Shown here piece by piece: positions 1-12,900 of a DNA stretch of 64,000 bases. The notes below the pieces were generated by a model. It saw only the letters and a program-made list of their open reading frames with translations, was not told where the DNA came from and did not search any database. Origin of the DNA: Podarcis liolepis. Its lineage: Eukaryota. Each line of letters starts with the position of its first letter. Position 1 is the stretch's first letter. The translations under genes were made by a program, and so were the position numbers. The stretch is taken from the NCBI GenBank assembly GCA_965112155.1, contig OZ218098.1. One strand, written 5' to 3'.

Positions 1-108
1 AGCAGGGACCGAGCAACGGGAATCCCCGTCGCGGGGATTCAAACCGCCGACCTTCTGATCGGCAAGTCCTAAGCTCTGTGGTTTAACCCGCAGCGCCACC
101 CGTGTCCC
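1..108 (+). mobile_element. Sauria SINE, 3' part (cut by window edge)
   Basis: Matches the 3' end of the full copy at 123-479. Confidence 0.85.
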
Positions 109-122
109 ATTTTAACAGGATA

Positions 123-479
123 AAGGTAAAGGGACCCCTGACCATTAGGTCCAGTCGTGACCGACTCTGGGGTTGCGGCGCTCATCTCGCTTTATTGGCC
201 GAGGGAGCAGGCGTTTGTCCGCAGACAGCTTCCGGGTCATGTGGCCAGCATGACTAAGCTGCTTCTGGCGAACCAGAGCAGCACACGGAAATGCCGTTTA
301 CGTTCCCGCTGGAGCGGTACCAATTTATCTAGTTGCACTTTGTGCTTTCGAACTGCTAGATTGGCAGGAGCTGGGACTGAGCAACGGGAGCTCATCCCGT
401 CACAGGGATTCGAACTACCAACCTTCTGATCGGCAAGTCCTAGGCTCTGTGGTTTAACCCACAGCGCCACCTGTGTCCC
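123..479 (+). mobile_element. Sauria SINE, full length
   Basis: aaggtaaagggacccctgaccattaggtccagtc head; TSD taacaggata at 113-122 and 480-489. Confidence 0.9.
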
Positions 480-901
480 TAACAGGATACCCAGTTGTAA
501 AAAGCTCCAGACCCGATTCCTTAAACTTAACCTTAACTCATGATCTGATTTGGTATGATGATACTTCTTTGAACACTGTGGGATTTACTCCTAAGTAAAC
601 ATGAATAGGATTGATGTGTATTGTTTAGTTATCACAAGCAAAGGCCCACATACTGTTTCGCGAATTGTTTTTGAAACTCCGCGAAATTTCAAATGTAGTG
701 TGTGATATGGCATGGCTGCTGTTCCGAGAGGAATAGTCACAAATTCTGTTACGCAAGCCCTAAAGCAGATTCATGGATTGTGGCCTATGCTGTGACCTGT
801 GTTTGTGCTCCCCGCCCTGCCCCAACCCCAACGTGAGCTATGTTTCTCTTTCCGAAGTGGATTAAAAACAAAATTCTTAATCCGAAAATATGTGTTTAAA
901 G

Positions 902-985
902 TCCCAGAAGTGCCAAAGAAAGTCGTCCCAGAAAAGAGAGTCCCTGCAGCTGTTCCCAAAAAAGTGGAACCTCCTCCAGCAAAAG
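902..985 (+). CDS. TTN: PEVK exon VPEVPKKVVPEKRVPAAVPKKVEPPPAK
   Basis: 84 nt, AAG acceptor/GT donor, phase 1-1. Confidence 0.95.
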
Positions 986-3900
986 GTACACTGAGTAACA
1001 AAGAACTAGTGTATGTTTTCTTCGGTTGTACTAACAAGCTGACCTTCCAGAAGAGAAAAGAAACTTCTTGTTTGCCAGTGAATTCAGGGGGATTTAAACT
1101 GTGTGCAGGAAATATTTCAAAATGTATATAGTACAACATGTTTGTCCTGTGTCACTTTTGTCTGTTTGCAACGTATGGAAAATGGCTTCCTGGCAGAATA
1201 TTGTCTGTTGGGTTCTTGAATTGCTGAATTGTTTGTTCTGCGAATTTCTTGCTTTTTGTACACATCTTCCTGTTCTTGGTGCTTCTTGGTGTTGTGTTAG
1301 CACTGAGGATTTTTTTTAAAAAGCAAAACATATTCTCAAAACACTATCGTGCTTTTTTTTTTAAAAGTGGCTGAGGTTCCTAAACCCGTCCCTGAAGAGA
1401 AAGTGCCCGTTCCCAAAAAGGTGCCGTCTCCTCCAGCAAAAGGTATAGCCATATATCAAAACCAGAACGCTTTTGACACTTACTTTAAGTCTAGAAATTA
1501 TCATTATGTCTCAGAGCATTGAAACACATAGCTAACAATGCTGTGAAGTCTTACATGTTTGTGTGTGCGGTGGCTTTAAATTAAGTCTATGTTGTCTTTA
1601 AAGTGCCTGAGGTTCCTAAGCCTGTTCCGGAGGAGAAAGTTCCTGTTGCCAAAAAGGTCCCAGCTCCTCCCAAAAAAGGTATATCCAATCTTTAAAACGG
1701 TGTGCAAATTTTATTTTTATTTTTGTCCATAACTGATAACCATTTGTATTAATTCATTAGCTATTAAAGTAGGGTTGCCGTACGTCATACCTGGTGTTCA
1801 CTTTTGGGAATATGGGAAAGTTGTCTGAATAGATAGCTCTTAAACGTTGCAATGTCATATGTGTTTGTCCGCGCTGGCTCGAGACCAAATTCTTAAAACA
1901 ACTCAATATTCTTTAAAGTGCCTGAAGTTCCCAAACCTGTCCCAGAAGAGAAAGTCCCTGTTCCTAAAAAGGTGGCAGCTCCTCCAGAGAAAGGTATATC
2001 CATAAATCTATACCTATAGATACATAAGATGATAACATTTATCATGGCATTAACCAGTCATTTTTGTTGTTGTTGTCCCATTATGTTTGAACTTGAACCA
2101 ACTAAACAATGCCATCCTATACACTTCGACCCAGAAGTAAGTCCCATTGGGATCAATAGGACTTACACCCAGGAAAATGATGGGTATAGGATTGCATCCT
2201 AAATCAGCATAGTGATTTGTGTCATCTTGTATGTCTGTGTGTTGCTTGTGATCTTGTAGTTTGACTGACATTGTGCAATATATATAAAAAAGCTAAAGTA
2301 GTGGTGTCATGTCTTTAAAGTGCCTGAGGTACCCAAGAAAGTTGTCCCTGAAAAGAAGGTACCAACTGCTCCTCCTAAAAAAGTAGAGGCTCCACCTGCC
2401 AAAGGTACAACTCTTCTTATCTGTGTTATAATGTTCTTCTTTCATATTACTAATTATATGTGTGTTTCATCACAGTCAAATATACGTTAGTAACTTCTTG
2501 CATTTGTTTTTATTCATGCTTTATGAATTGTGTGGTTTTCTTATACTTGGTAAACAATTTAAAAATGCCTACCTAAAACAGCACTGTATCTTTTAACATC
2601 TCTGAGGAAAAAATATCTGCTGTTAAATCAAAGAAAATTCTTCCATCTAAGTTTGTTTTTGTGCATCTCTAAATATCTTATAAAGACAATTTATTATTGA
2701 TCTTTTCTAACATCTTCTAGTCTATTACTATAGGCTACTAGCATTACAGGTATCCCATTTTTATTTTTAAAAACCCTTCTTGTAATTATAATAACTTTGG
2801 GTGGTTTTCTTTCTATGTTTGCTTTGTATGCTTATGCACCAGCAAGTCTTTGAAATAATGAAAAATTAATGCTATCTTTAAAGTGCCTGTGGTACGTAAG
2901 AAACCCATCCCTGAAGAACAGGTCACTGTTGAAAAATACTTCTATGAAGAATATGAGAAATATGAGACCTATGAGAAGACTGAGGAGTTTCTTCAGGTAG
3001 AAGAGGGTGAAGAACCTGAAGAATATGAGGAAGCCCCAGAACCTGAAAGATATGAAGAAGCTCCAGAAGAACCTGAAGTCGAGCAATACGAGGAAGCTCC
3101 AGAAGAATTTGAACAGTATGAAGAAGCTCCAGAACCGGAGGAACTTGAGTACTATGAAGAGGTTCGGGAGACCAAGGAGATTGAAGAATATGAGGAAGTG
3201 TATGAGGTTCCACCAGCAATAGGTATATTAATCATTTACCTGTTGTTTGTTGCTGCCCTGAGATTGAACCTTCTTTTGAATGCCCAAATTTCCCCTCCCC
3301 CCAAAAACCCACCCCAGAGTTCCCTGCTTTTGTGCTTACAAGACTCCATTTGAGGGGCAGGTTTCCCAGAGTGGGTCAAACCAACTATGCTGTTGTTACT
3401 GAAGAGTTCAAAAGCTAAAGATGGGTGTATCCTCCTTTAATGATTAGAGACTTCTTCTGTAATTGTGATTACAGTCTTCTGAATTTGGCAATTTGGTTTC
3501 TTTGTAAATAACTAAAAGCTCCTTCGTAAAATGTTTTTCAAGTGCCTGAGGTGCCTAAAAGAGCCATTGCTGAAGAAAAAGTAAAAGTTGCTGTACCTAA
3601 AAAAGAGGAAGCTCCACCAGCTAAAGGTAGATAAAGCTGCTGAATCTGTTCCTTTGTGTACCCTGAAAAATCACGTGCCCTAATGGGTGATTGTTGTCCT
3701 TACATTTCAGTTTTCACTAGCAGATAGGACATTAATTTTAATATGTCACTATGGGTTGTATCCATTGTTAGTCATAGTCATAACAGACCCAATGGAATTA
3801 AAGGTCATGACTAACATAGGCCCATTAATTTCACTGTGTCTGCTCTAAGTTGGATACAAACCTGTTAGTTGAAGTGTCTAAGGGCATGAGCTTGAGCCTC

Positions 3901-6900
3901 TGATTGGTCAATGTGAACCTGGCTTCACTGGGCAGAAAGTTGTACCCATGGCCATGACAACTGGGGGACAACCATGTGTGTTCAGCTGCCAGGTGAGGAG
4001 ACCTTCCAGAGTGGCTTTTCAGAGGAAGAATGGGGCTTGAGAGAGGGTATGGTTGGATTGTGGTTCCAAACCACCTAAGTTTCATTACGTTTAGTGGAAC
4101 AGTTTCCCATATATGTAAGCAACTAGATAAGAGAAGGAAGATCAGTATAGCTAACAAACTGGGATAGATAAATTTTTTCCTTCTCTGTTGAACTTGACAT
4201 TTAATCAATATTGCCCCTATGCGTCTGTGTCATTTTTTAAACCCCTTTCTGTCATTTTGTGTGGCATTTTAAGTCTGTTTTGTTTATTCTTGCACTTGAT
4301 TCGTAATTCAAAGAATGGCAAACTCTTAAAAGAAATGCATGTTTTTAAAGTGCCCGCAGCAAAAAAGAAACCAGAAGAAAAAGTACCTCTAGCTGTTCCT
4401 AAGAAAGAAGTGACTCCACCACCTAAAGGTACATTCACTCTTCGCTATCTTGTGTATCTTTCATCTTCTCTCTGTGTATTTTGTATAAATGTGTTGTGCA
4501 CCTTCAATGGTATGTTGTGTTTGTTCTGTATGTGTACATATTCATGGTGTGTCCTTGTGTTTTGCGTTCCCTTCTTTTGTAATTATGTATATAGCATTCA
4601 TGTAAGATTCATAAATAACTAAACAAAAGTATTGTATCTTTAAAGTGCCTGAGATACCTAAGAAAGCTGTTCCTGAAGAAAAAGTGCCTAAGACTGTTCC
4701 CAAAAGGAAAGAGCCTTCACCAACTAAAGGTAGATTCAGTAGTAAGACAGAAAGAATATTGACATTCCTGTGTTCTCGTCTATGGTGTTATCACTAACGC
4801 CTCAGAAGAGAACTTTCAGCAATGTGCACATTATTTTAGAAGTGTGTATTTCTCCAAATAAGCTTGAGTTCATGCTCTATCTTTAAAGTGCCTGACATTC
4901 CCAAGAGAGCCGTCCCTGAAGAAAAAGTATCCATCACTACCTATGAAGCAGAAGAACCTCCCACAGTAAAAGGTAGATGAAATGTTGAATAGACAAGAAC
5001 AAAAAAAAGTATATCTCCGTCAGTGTAGTTGCGTGATCAGTGTGCTTAGATCACAGCAGTAGGGCCCTTAGATGTTCCTGGCACAAGTGTATCATAAATC
5101 CTATGAAATCTGGAGAAAACATTTTCATTTGGCTTACAAAAATCTGTTGACGATGTTGACAACAGCTGTGATTGGAAGATGTCCTAAATAAAGTGATGGC
5201 ATTTACTGTATAAAGGAAAAGAGGTATAGCTGACATTAGAAAATGTATTTTATCGGCCAAGCCACTTTATTAAATTTAAATTGCTCATTATCCCCTTCTT
5301 TCCTGCGTAGGAAACCATTAAAATGATATTCTGCCCCTGAAGTATTTAAAATGGAAAAAGAATTTGTTTAGTTATTCTTTTCTCTGTGTTATTGTTGTCT
5401 TGCGTTTAAAGATGTTATAACTATTTTTTTTTAAAAAAAACCAACTAAGAGAAAACTAATATCTTTAAAGCTCCCGCAGTTCATGAGAAAACATTACGGG
5501 AAGAAAAAGTTACTTATATTATCTCCAGAGAAAAGGAAGGTGCTACAGTTGAAGGTACATCAGAGTTTTATTCAATTTGCAAAATAACTAAGCTTGAAAA
5601 GCCGGTCAGTCAGTTTAGCAATTTAATTGGCACTGAGAATAGTAAGAGGTGTCTGATTTTGTAGACTTTATAATATCAAACACCTTATCATGCTGTGTTT
5701 TGCTTAATCAAAATGTCATGATTTAAAATATTATTGTCCACATGTTTTGGCGTGAGGACATATTGCAGTGAGGTAGCAGGTCTTATGGTCCAATGGTAGG
5801 ATTCTGGCTCCAGTGCTGAATTTCCTTTGCAAAGCTTCCTATCAATCATTTGACCTCCACAGTCTAAAACAAATGCACTTGGCCAAACATAGACATAAGG
5901 GAAGGAATCTGAGTTGTTAGTATGCAGAGCAGAGCCTGTTGTCACTGTGTCAAGAAGTGCATAGTAATTCAGCTGCTGTGGCAAAAATCACTGTTTCTCC
6001 TGTTAGCCATTTCACTTTTAAAAGCCAAAGGAAACAACATAGATGTCAGAGAGCAAATTGTAAATGAGTTGTGCTTCTTTAGTTCTAGGATTATTCTTTT
6101 TTTTAACTTCATTTGTTTTCTTGATCGGCTGGTCTTCACTGTGTGCTATTTATTCCCCCCCCCCCAACCTGTCCTTTGCGTGTCCTTTTGAAACGTCTCA
6201 AATATACTAATATCTTTAAAGTGCTTGAACTGGAAGAGGAAGCTGTCCCAGAAGAAACGGCTCCCATTGGTGTTCCTATAAAACAGAAAGCTCCGCCCAT
6301 TAAAGGTACATACACCACCTCTTCCGCTAACTTCACAAAGCAAGCAGCTACCATTGTATTATCCAGGCCCTTTGTTGGTCTGCTCCTTTTTGTCTTATGT
6401 GTGACGTAATTGTATACATACTCAAAAATAAACTAATATCTTTAAAGTGCCTCCGGCGGCAAAGAAAGCTGTGCCAGAGAAGAAGAAACCTACTCCTGTA
6501 CCTAAAGAAGAAGCCCCGCCCATTAAAGGTAACACACCTCTAGCTACAACTGCAGTGAAATGAGACATTTCACCATTTTATTTCCCCGCCTGCTATTCTC
6601 TTATATAATTCAGTGTTTTGTGCAATGTAGGAGAATTTCTTGCCAAATTAATGACAAATTATCCCATGCAATTTTAGGGGGAATAATTAAATGGGATAAA
6701 ATTCAGATCACCTGTACTAGAAATCTGAATAGGAATAGGAATATTGCTTTTCATCTAGAATCGCCACTCTTGCAAAGCAGAGACAAATGCAGAAGGCAAT
6801 GTTTTGTCACTGTAATTCTACCATGGAAGATACGTGTCAAATTTCTTCCAAGATCTTTGAAATATGTATGTGTGTGTGTCCTGTTGTTTTGTCTGTGGTC

Positions 6901-9900
6901 TGCAATAACCTCTTATTTTAAAATGCCCACATTTCTAAAAAAAGACTAATATCTTTAAAGCACCTGAGATTCGAGAAAAGGCTGTTTCACAAGAAATAAT
7001 TCCTCCTCCATCGGTCTCAAAAGAATTGGAACCTCCGGCAGCTAAAGGTACACCAGCAATTCAGTGAAAGTGATAATGAATTAGCAAATGTCAAGGCATT
7101 TAAATGTGCCATAATAGCTCATTGTCATAAATTTTGGGGTGTTGTGTGCCAACGTCAATAACTGTTTATTTAGTTTGTCTGTTTCTATGTGTTTCACAAT
7201 TTTTTTAATTTCCTGCCACAAACTAATATCTTTAAAGTGCCTGTGATACGAAAGAAAGCCATTTCGGAAGAACAAGTAACAGTTCAAGTATCTAGGAAAG
7301 AAGCTACACGCTATGAAGGTACATAATCCTTTAATTAGAATGTTTCATCTAAAAGTCTTCTAACTTGTCAATGCTTTATGTTACAGAGCCCAAGCCCAGG
7401 TTGTCATGTATACTAAAGGTGTTTATGGCCATTTGATCGGCCATTCACACTCCATTCACATTACTAATTGGATAGGCTTTAAGTAAATTCATTTTCAAAT
7501 GCAGCAATAGACACACATGGGGGATTGTTTCAAGGTTTAGATATTATTTAGGCTGCCTTTCACATGTCTCAGATGTAGCCCAATAAAAACCATTCTCATA
7601 AAGCATTAAGGGAGAAAAATGAAAACTTGAGTGAAAAAGAAAATAGCATAAGATCCAGTTAATGATAGTTCAGTAGCAATGTAAAAAACTTTTTTCAGAA
7701 CTTAACTGAAAAACTTTTTTCAGAACTTAACTGAAGATTGGAATAGCAAGAAACCAGAAAGGTGGAACACTTAGATTTTAATTAGATTAGACCAACTGGT
7801 TTCAGTGGGACCAAACTTTATAACTAGTGAGGCTAACCATAAAAGCATGACTAGTGCTCAGTTGAGGGGTGAGGCTTAACTTGCCTTGGTAGACATGACC
7901 CATGAGGGCAGAAAAATAATCAGAGCCCAGGTGGGGTAAAAAGGAGTTCCAGCAAAAAATGTTTAGGGACTTATGGAGCGCAGAAGGGGCATATTTCAGA
8001 ACCTTTCGCTCCTCCACCCCCTTTGCTCTTAACAACAGGCACTCTACTTTATATGTGATTGTAGCAAACCTAGATTTAAGCAAATAATTGTGCTGTACTC
8101 CTATCTGGTTTCAGCCTGCGCTCTAATTAGCAGAGCAAAAGGTTTGAATTAGTTAACCTTGAAGAGGGCCTGCTTCTGTGACTAAATGAGAAGTATAAGT
8201 TTATTCCACAATAAATACGGCTGGGCTCTCTGTTTGTTGGTCATAGTCTTTGGTTATGTCTTTTTTGTCCTATGCTTTTTACAAGTATGATTTTGCATGT
8301 CTCAAAGAAAACTAATATCTTTAAGATACAGAAACATTTGAGGAAATGCTTCTAGAAGAAATGGAAGAACGGTATCCTGCCGCCATTCCTAGGAAACGTG
8401 AGGTTGCACCTCCCAAAGGTATATTCTCTCTTCGAGGAAAACGTAAAGCTACCAAAGTCACAAAAGTGACATATTTTCATTATTTCGCTCTTGTTCAGTT
8501 TGATGCTACTGTTTGCATTTTGTGGTTTAAAAATTCTTACAAGGGAATTGATTTTATTTAAAGTGTCTGAGGTGCCCAGAAAAGGAGTGGCGGAAGAGAA
8601 GATATCCATTGCAAAGCATGAAAAAAGAGAATTAGTTTCTGTACATGAAAAAGCAGAACTTACTGAAGTATCTCAGATAACGCAGCCTCAAGCACCAGAA
8701 AGGAAGACAGCTGCTCGTAGACCCACAAAACCAGAATCTATTGCTGTATCAAAGCCAGCAGAGCCTGAGCTGCCAAAACAGAAGCCCCTTGTTGCCAAAC
8801 CCAGAAAACCGCAACCCGTTGTAGAGCCTGAAGTGCAAGAAGAGGAGATAGATATTGCTGAACCTGAGGAACCCATACCTGTTGCAGTTTATGAGGTAGT
8901 CGAACCTCGTGTGCCAGAAAAGAAGAAAGTCGTTGCTAAACCTAAAAAACCAGAGCCTGTTGTGATGCTTAAAACAGTAGAGTCAAAACAGGAGATAGCT
9001 GTTGCCAAACCCAGAAAACCAGAACCTCTTGTGGAGCTTGAAACAGAAGAGCCTGGGGTGCCAGAAAAGAAACTATTCATTGCTAAACCTAAAGAAGCAA
9101 AACCTGGTGTGGTTCCTAAAACAACAGAGCCTCCAGTGCAAGAAGACCAGATGGCTGTCTCCAAACCTAGGAAATCAGAACCTGTTGGGTTTCCTCAAAC
9201 AGTAGAGCCTGAAATGGAAGAAGAGGAGACAGATATTGCTGAACGTGAGGAACCAAAACCTGTTGTAGTTCTTGAGACGGTAGAACCTCATGTATCAAAA
9301 AAGAAGGCAGCTGTTGCTAAACCTAAAAAACCAGAACCTATTATGGTGTCTAAAATAGTGGAGCCTCCAGTACCAAAACAGAAGATAGCTGTCACTGAAC
9401 CCAGAAAACCAGGACCTGTTGTGGAGCCTGAAACAGCAGAGCCTGAAGTGCTAGAGGAGCAGATAGTTGTCTCCAAACCCAGAAAACCAGAATCCATTGT
9501 CATGGCTCAGATGGTACAGCCTGAAGTGGAAGAAGAGGAGATAGATATTGTTGAACTCAAGAAACCAAAACCCACTTCAGTTCTTGAGGCAGTTGAACTT
9601 CATGTGCCAGAAAAGAAAGCAGCTGTTGCTAAACCTAAAAAAACAGAGCCGCTGGTGTCTGAGCCTCCTGCACCAAAACAGAAGATAGCTGTCACCAAAC
9701 CCAGAAAACCACAACCTGCTTTGGTGCCTGACATAGAAGGGCCCGAAGAGGAAGAAAAGAAGGCAACCATTGCTAAACCTAAAAAAACAGAGCCTTACAT
9801 GCCAGAAGACAAGACGGCTGTTGCCAAACCCAGAAAACAGGAATTCATTGTCATGCCTCAGATGGCAGAGCCTGAGCTGGAAGAAGAGACAGATATTGTG

Positions 9901-12900
9901 GAACCTGAGAAACCGAAACCTATTGCTGTTCTTGAGTCAGCAGAACCTCGTGTGCCAGAAATGGAGGTAGCCGCTGCTAAACCTAAAAAACCAGAACTTA
10001 TTGCAGTGCCTAAAACAGTAAAGCTTCCAGCGGCAAAACAGAAGATGGCTGTCACCAAAGCCAGAGAACCAGAAGTTGCCATGGTGCTTGAAACAGCAAA
10101 GCCTGAGGTGGAAGGAGAAAAGAGAGCAAAATCCAGGGAGCCAGAACCTACAGTGGTGCCTGAAACAGTTTGGTGGCAAGAGCCAGAGGAAAAGGCAGCT
10201 GTTTCCAAACCCAGAAAACCAGAGCCTGCTGTTGTGCTTGAAGCAGCGGAGGCTCAAATACCAGAAGAGACTGTGATGGTTGCTAAGCCTAAAAAACAAG
10301 ACCCTTATGCTGTGCCTGCAACAGAGCCTCCACCATTAAAAGGTAGACGTCATTCCCAAAGGGAAAAGACACTCTTGGCTATAGAAATGTTTGTCTTGTT
10401 TGTGGGGGAAAAAATCTTCTTTGTTTCATGTTAGTTTATAAATTTTGTGCTGGCAACTTTTCTTGTCATACGTAAATGTGAATGTTCCAAATTAATGTCA
10501 ATGTTTGGTGTCAAGTCTTTACGGTCTTGCTGTTATTTATCTTTATTGTGGCTTCTTCAGTTCGTACAATTAACACAATCTAATATCTTTATTGAAGTAT
10601 CTGGTTTATCCAAGAAACCTGTTCTAGACAAGTGCTGACAAAAAGCAAAAAAACAGAAGCTCTGCTGGGTAAGAAAGAAAGTAAAAAAAGAACTTATCTC
10701 TTCTTGTTTCCTGATAATCTTGTGTCCCAAAAAGTTCCCATGCTGATTTTTGCAGAAATAGGAATATCATTTGCAGCTGTATTCTTACCTTGATGCATAG
10801 GCATCCTTCCCTTTATAAACAAATATGACACAATACATCATAAAACATGAGGTCAGATGCCAGGATGAAAGGGGAAATGCTAATTATGATAACAATTAAT
10901 AGTAATAAACATACCCAAACCACTGTCAGGAAGGTAACAGCAGTGGAAGTAATCTTACAAAACAGATGTATCAGCAGGTGTTTTGAAATCTTTCAAATGT
11001 TCAGTTGAGTTCAACCATTTCCATCAGCCCATAAAAGATAAGTACTTATATATATGAATGAAGGACCTGTATAGAGGGGAATTTTTATCGCAGTGCCTTC
11101 TTTTCAGTCACTTGAATGATTTGTTCAGATTTGCCACCTGGACAGCTAATATTCAGCAACAATTGACGTTGTGGTGCTTGTTCATATGTCAACTATAGAT
11201 GTTTTGAGAAAAGGTCTATGTCTATACAATGTAAAGGGGAGCCTCTTGCTTTCAATTGAATACCCACCCGTGTGATTTTAATGTCAATATTGTCCATGTC
11301 ATTCCATGTCCATGTGTCATGTTCTGTCTGTTGGGACTAAATCTGTTTCACTTCTTCATGCCGTGTTATAAACCATTTTCAGTTCTTCAAAGTAAAATGT
11401 ACTAATATCTTTAAAGTTCCCGAGATGCCCAAGAAGGCTGTGCCAGAAGAGAAAATACCTGTTGCAGTGCCTAAAAAACCAGCGCCTCCACCTGCTAAAG
11501 GTATATACCTCAGTCTTGGTGCCATTCATTCTCACCAAAAGAAAAAAGAAATGGGTTATGGGTTCACTTCCCCCCACCCCCATTTATAATTCTGCATTCT
11601 TTTCTTCTTCCTCGTCTTCTAAAAACCGACTTCATTTCTTAATTGGAAACGTTCAAATAGGTTTTGGTTACAATTCAGAGAGTTATGGATACAAAACCTC
11701 ATCGATTTCAATGGAACTTGCTTGCCCCCTGAACTGTGACTGCTTAATATTGACCACTAACCTTCCTGATATTCCTCTAAAGGCGCCTCTTTATTCCTGA
11801 CACTTTTGCCTACATTTTAACAAACTGAAACGTAACAGAAAATGATGCTATTTCTTTTCAAGTGCCTGAGGTACCCACAAAAGTTGTCCCGGAAAAGAAG
11901 GTGCCAGCTGCTGTTCCAGAAGCACCTCCAGCTAAAGGTAACATCCCCTTTGACAGAAAACAGCAGTGGGTTGGGGCTGGTCCAGGAGGATAGGCATTGG
12001 CCTGGTTTGCATGACATGGTAAGAAGAAACCTCAGCTGCAGCTCATGGTTAGTGAGTAGACCACTTAACAGTGAGTCTGGGCTCCAGCAATATACTAAAC
12101 CAGGCCTCCTCAACCTCGGCCCTCCATATGTTTTGAGACTACAATTCCCATCATCCCTGACCACTGGTCCTGCTAGCTAGGGATCATGGGAGTTGTAGGC
12201 CAAAACATCTGGAGGGCTGAGGTTGAGGAAGCCTGCACTAAACGAAACTTTGATTGAGCTCAGCGCAGTGTATTACTAAAAAAGACTATGGAGGAGCAAA
12301 ATGGTTGCAAGCTGGTTGAAAATGGTTGAAAGCCTGCACTTTTGCACAATTCTGGTAAGCCATAGCTTAGCTTACTGTGTCACATGAACCAGGCCAGTGT
12401 ATATCTTATTATTTTAAATTCATATTACTTTTTTATACTACACATTATCATCTCTAAATGCCATGTGCTCTTCACTTTAGGAGACCATATCAAGTGTGGT
12501 ATTTGGATACCAAAGGTGGCAGAAATGTTCTCCTTTAAGCTAATATTATTTATTTGTTTGTTTGCTTGTTTGTAAATTCACAGTCAGCCGTTACTATCAA
12601 AATTTCTAGAACAGGTCCCATAAAAATAAGAAAACAATTTTAAAAGATCAAACAGCAGATAAGACTAGCATCACTAAGACAGTCTCCTCAACAGTGAACA
12701 GGCAGGTGAAATAAATAGGGTGGCATCAAAAGATCTTATGAGAATATATAATTATGGTTTCCGTCAAATTTCAAATTATAAATTATACATTAAAGGATAT
12801 AAATTGAATACTATTATTTAAATATCCCCATCTACTATAACTTTATTTCATATTATTATATTTCCTTTTTAAATTATTATTGAAACTAATTTATTGTAGT

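Noticed and set aside
157-429. ORFs at 157-429, 48058-48285 and 53166-53399 with similar translations, suggesting a small gene family
   Set aside because: They are translations of Sauria SINE copies with target-site duplications, not genes.
7684-7735. 25-bp perfect tandem duplication
   Set aside because: Ordinary intronic slippage duplication with no evident function.
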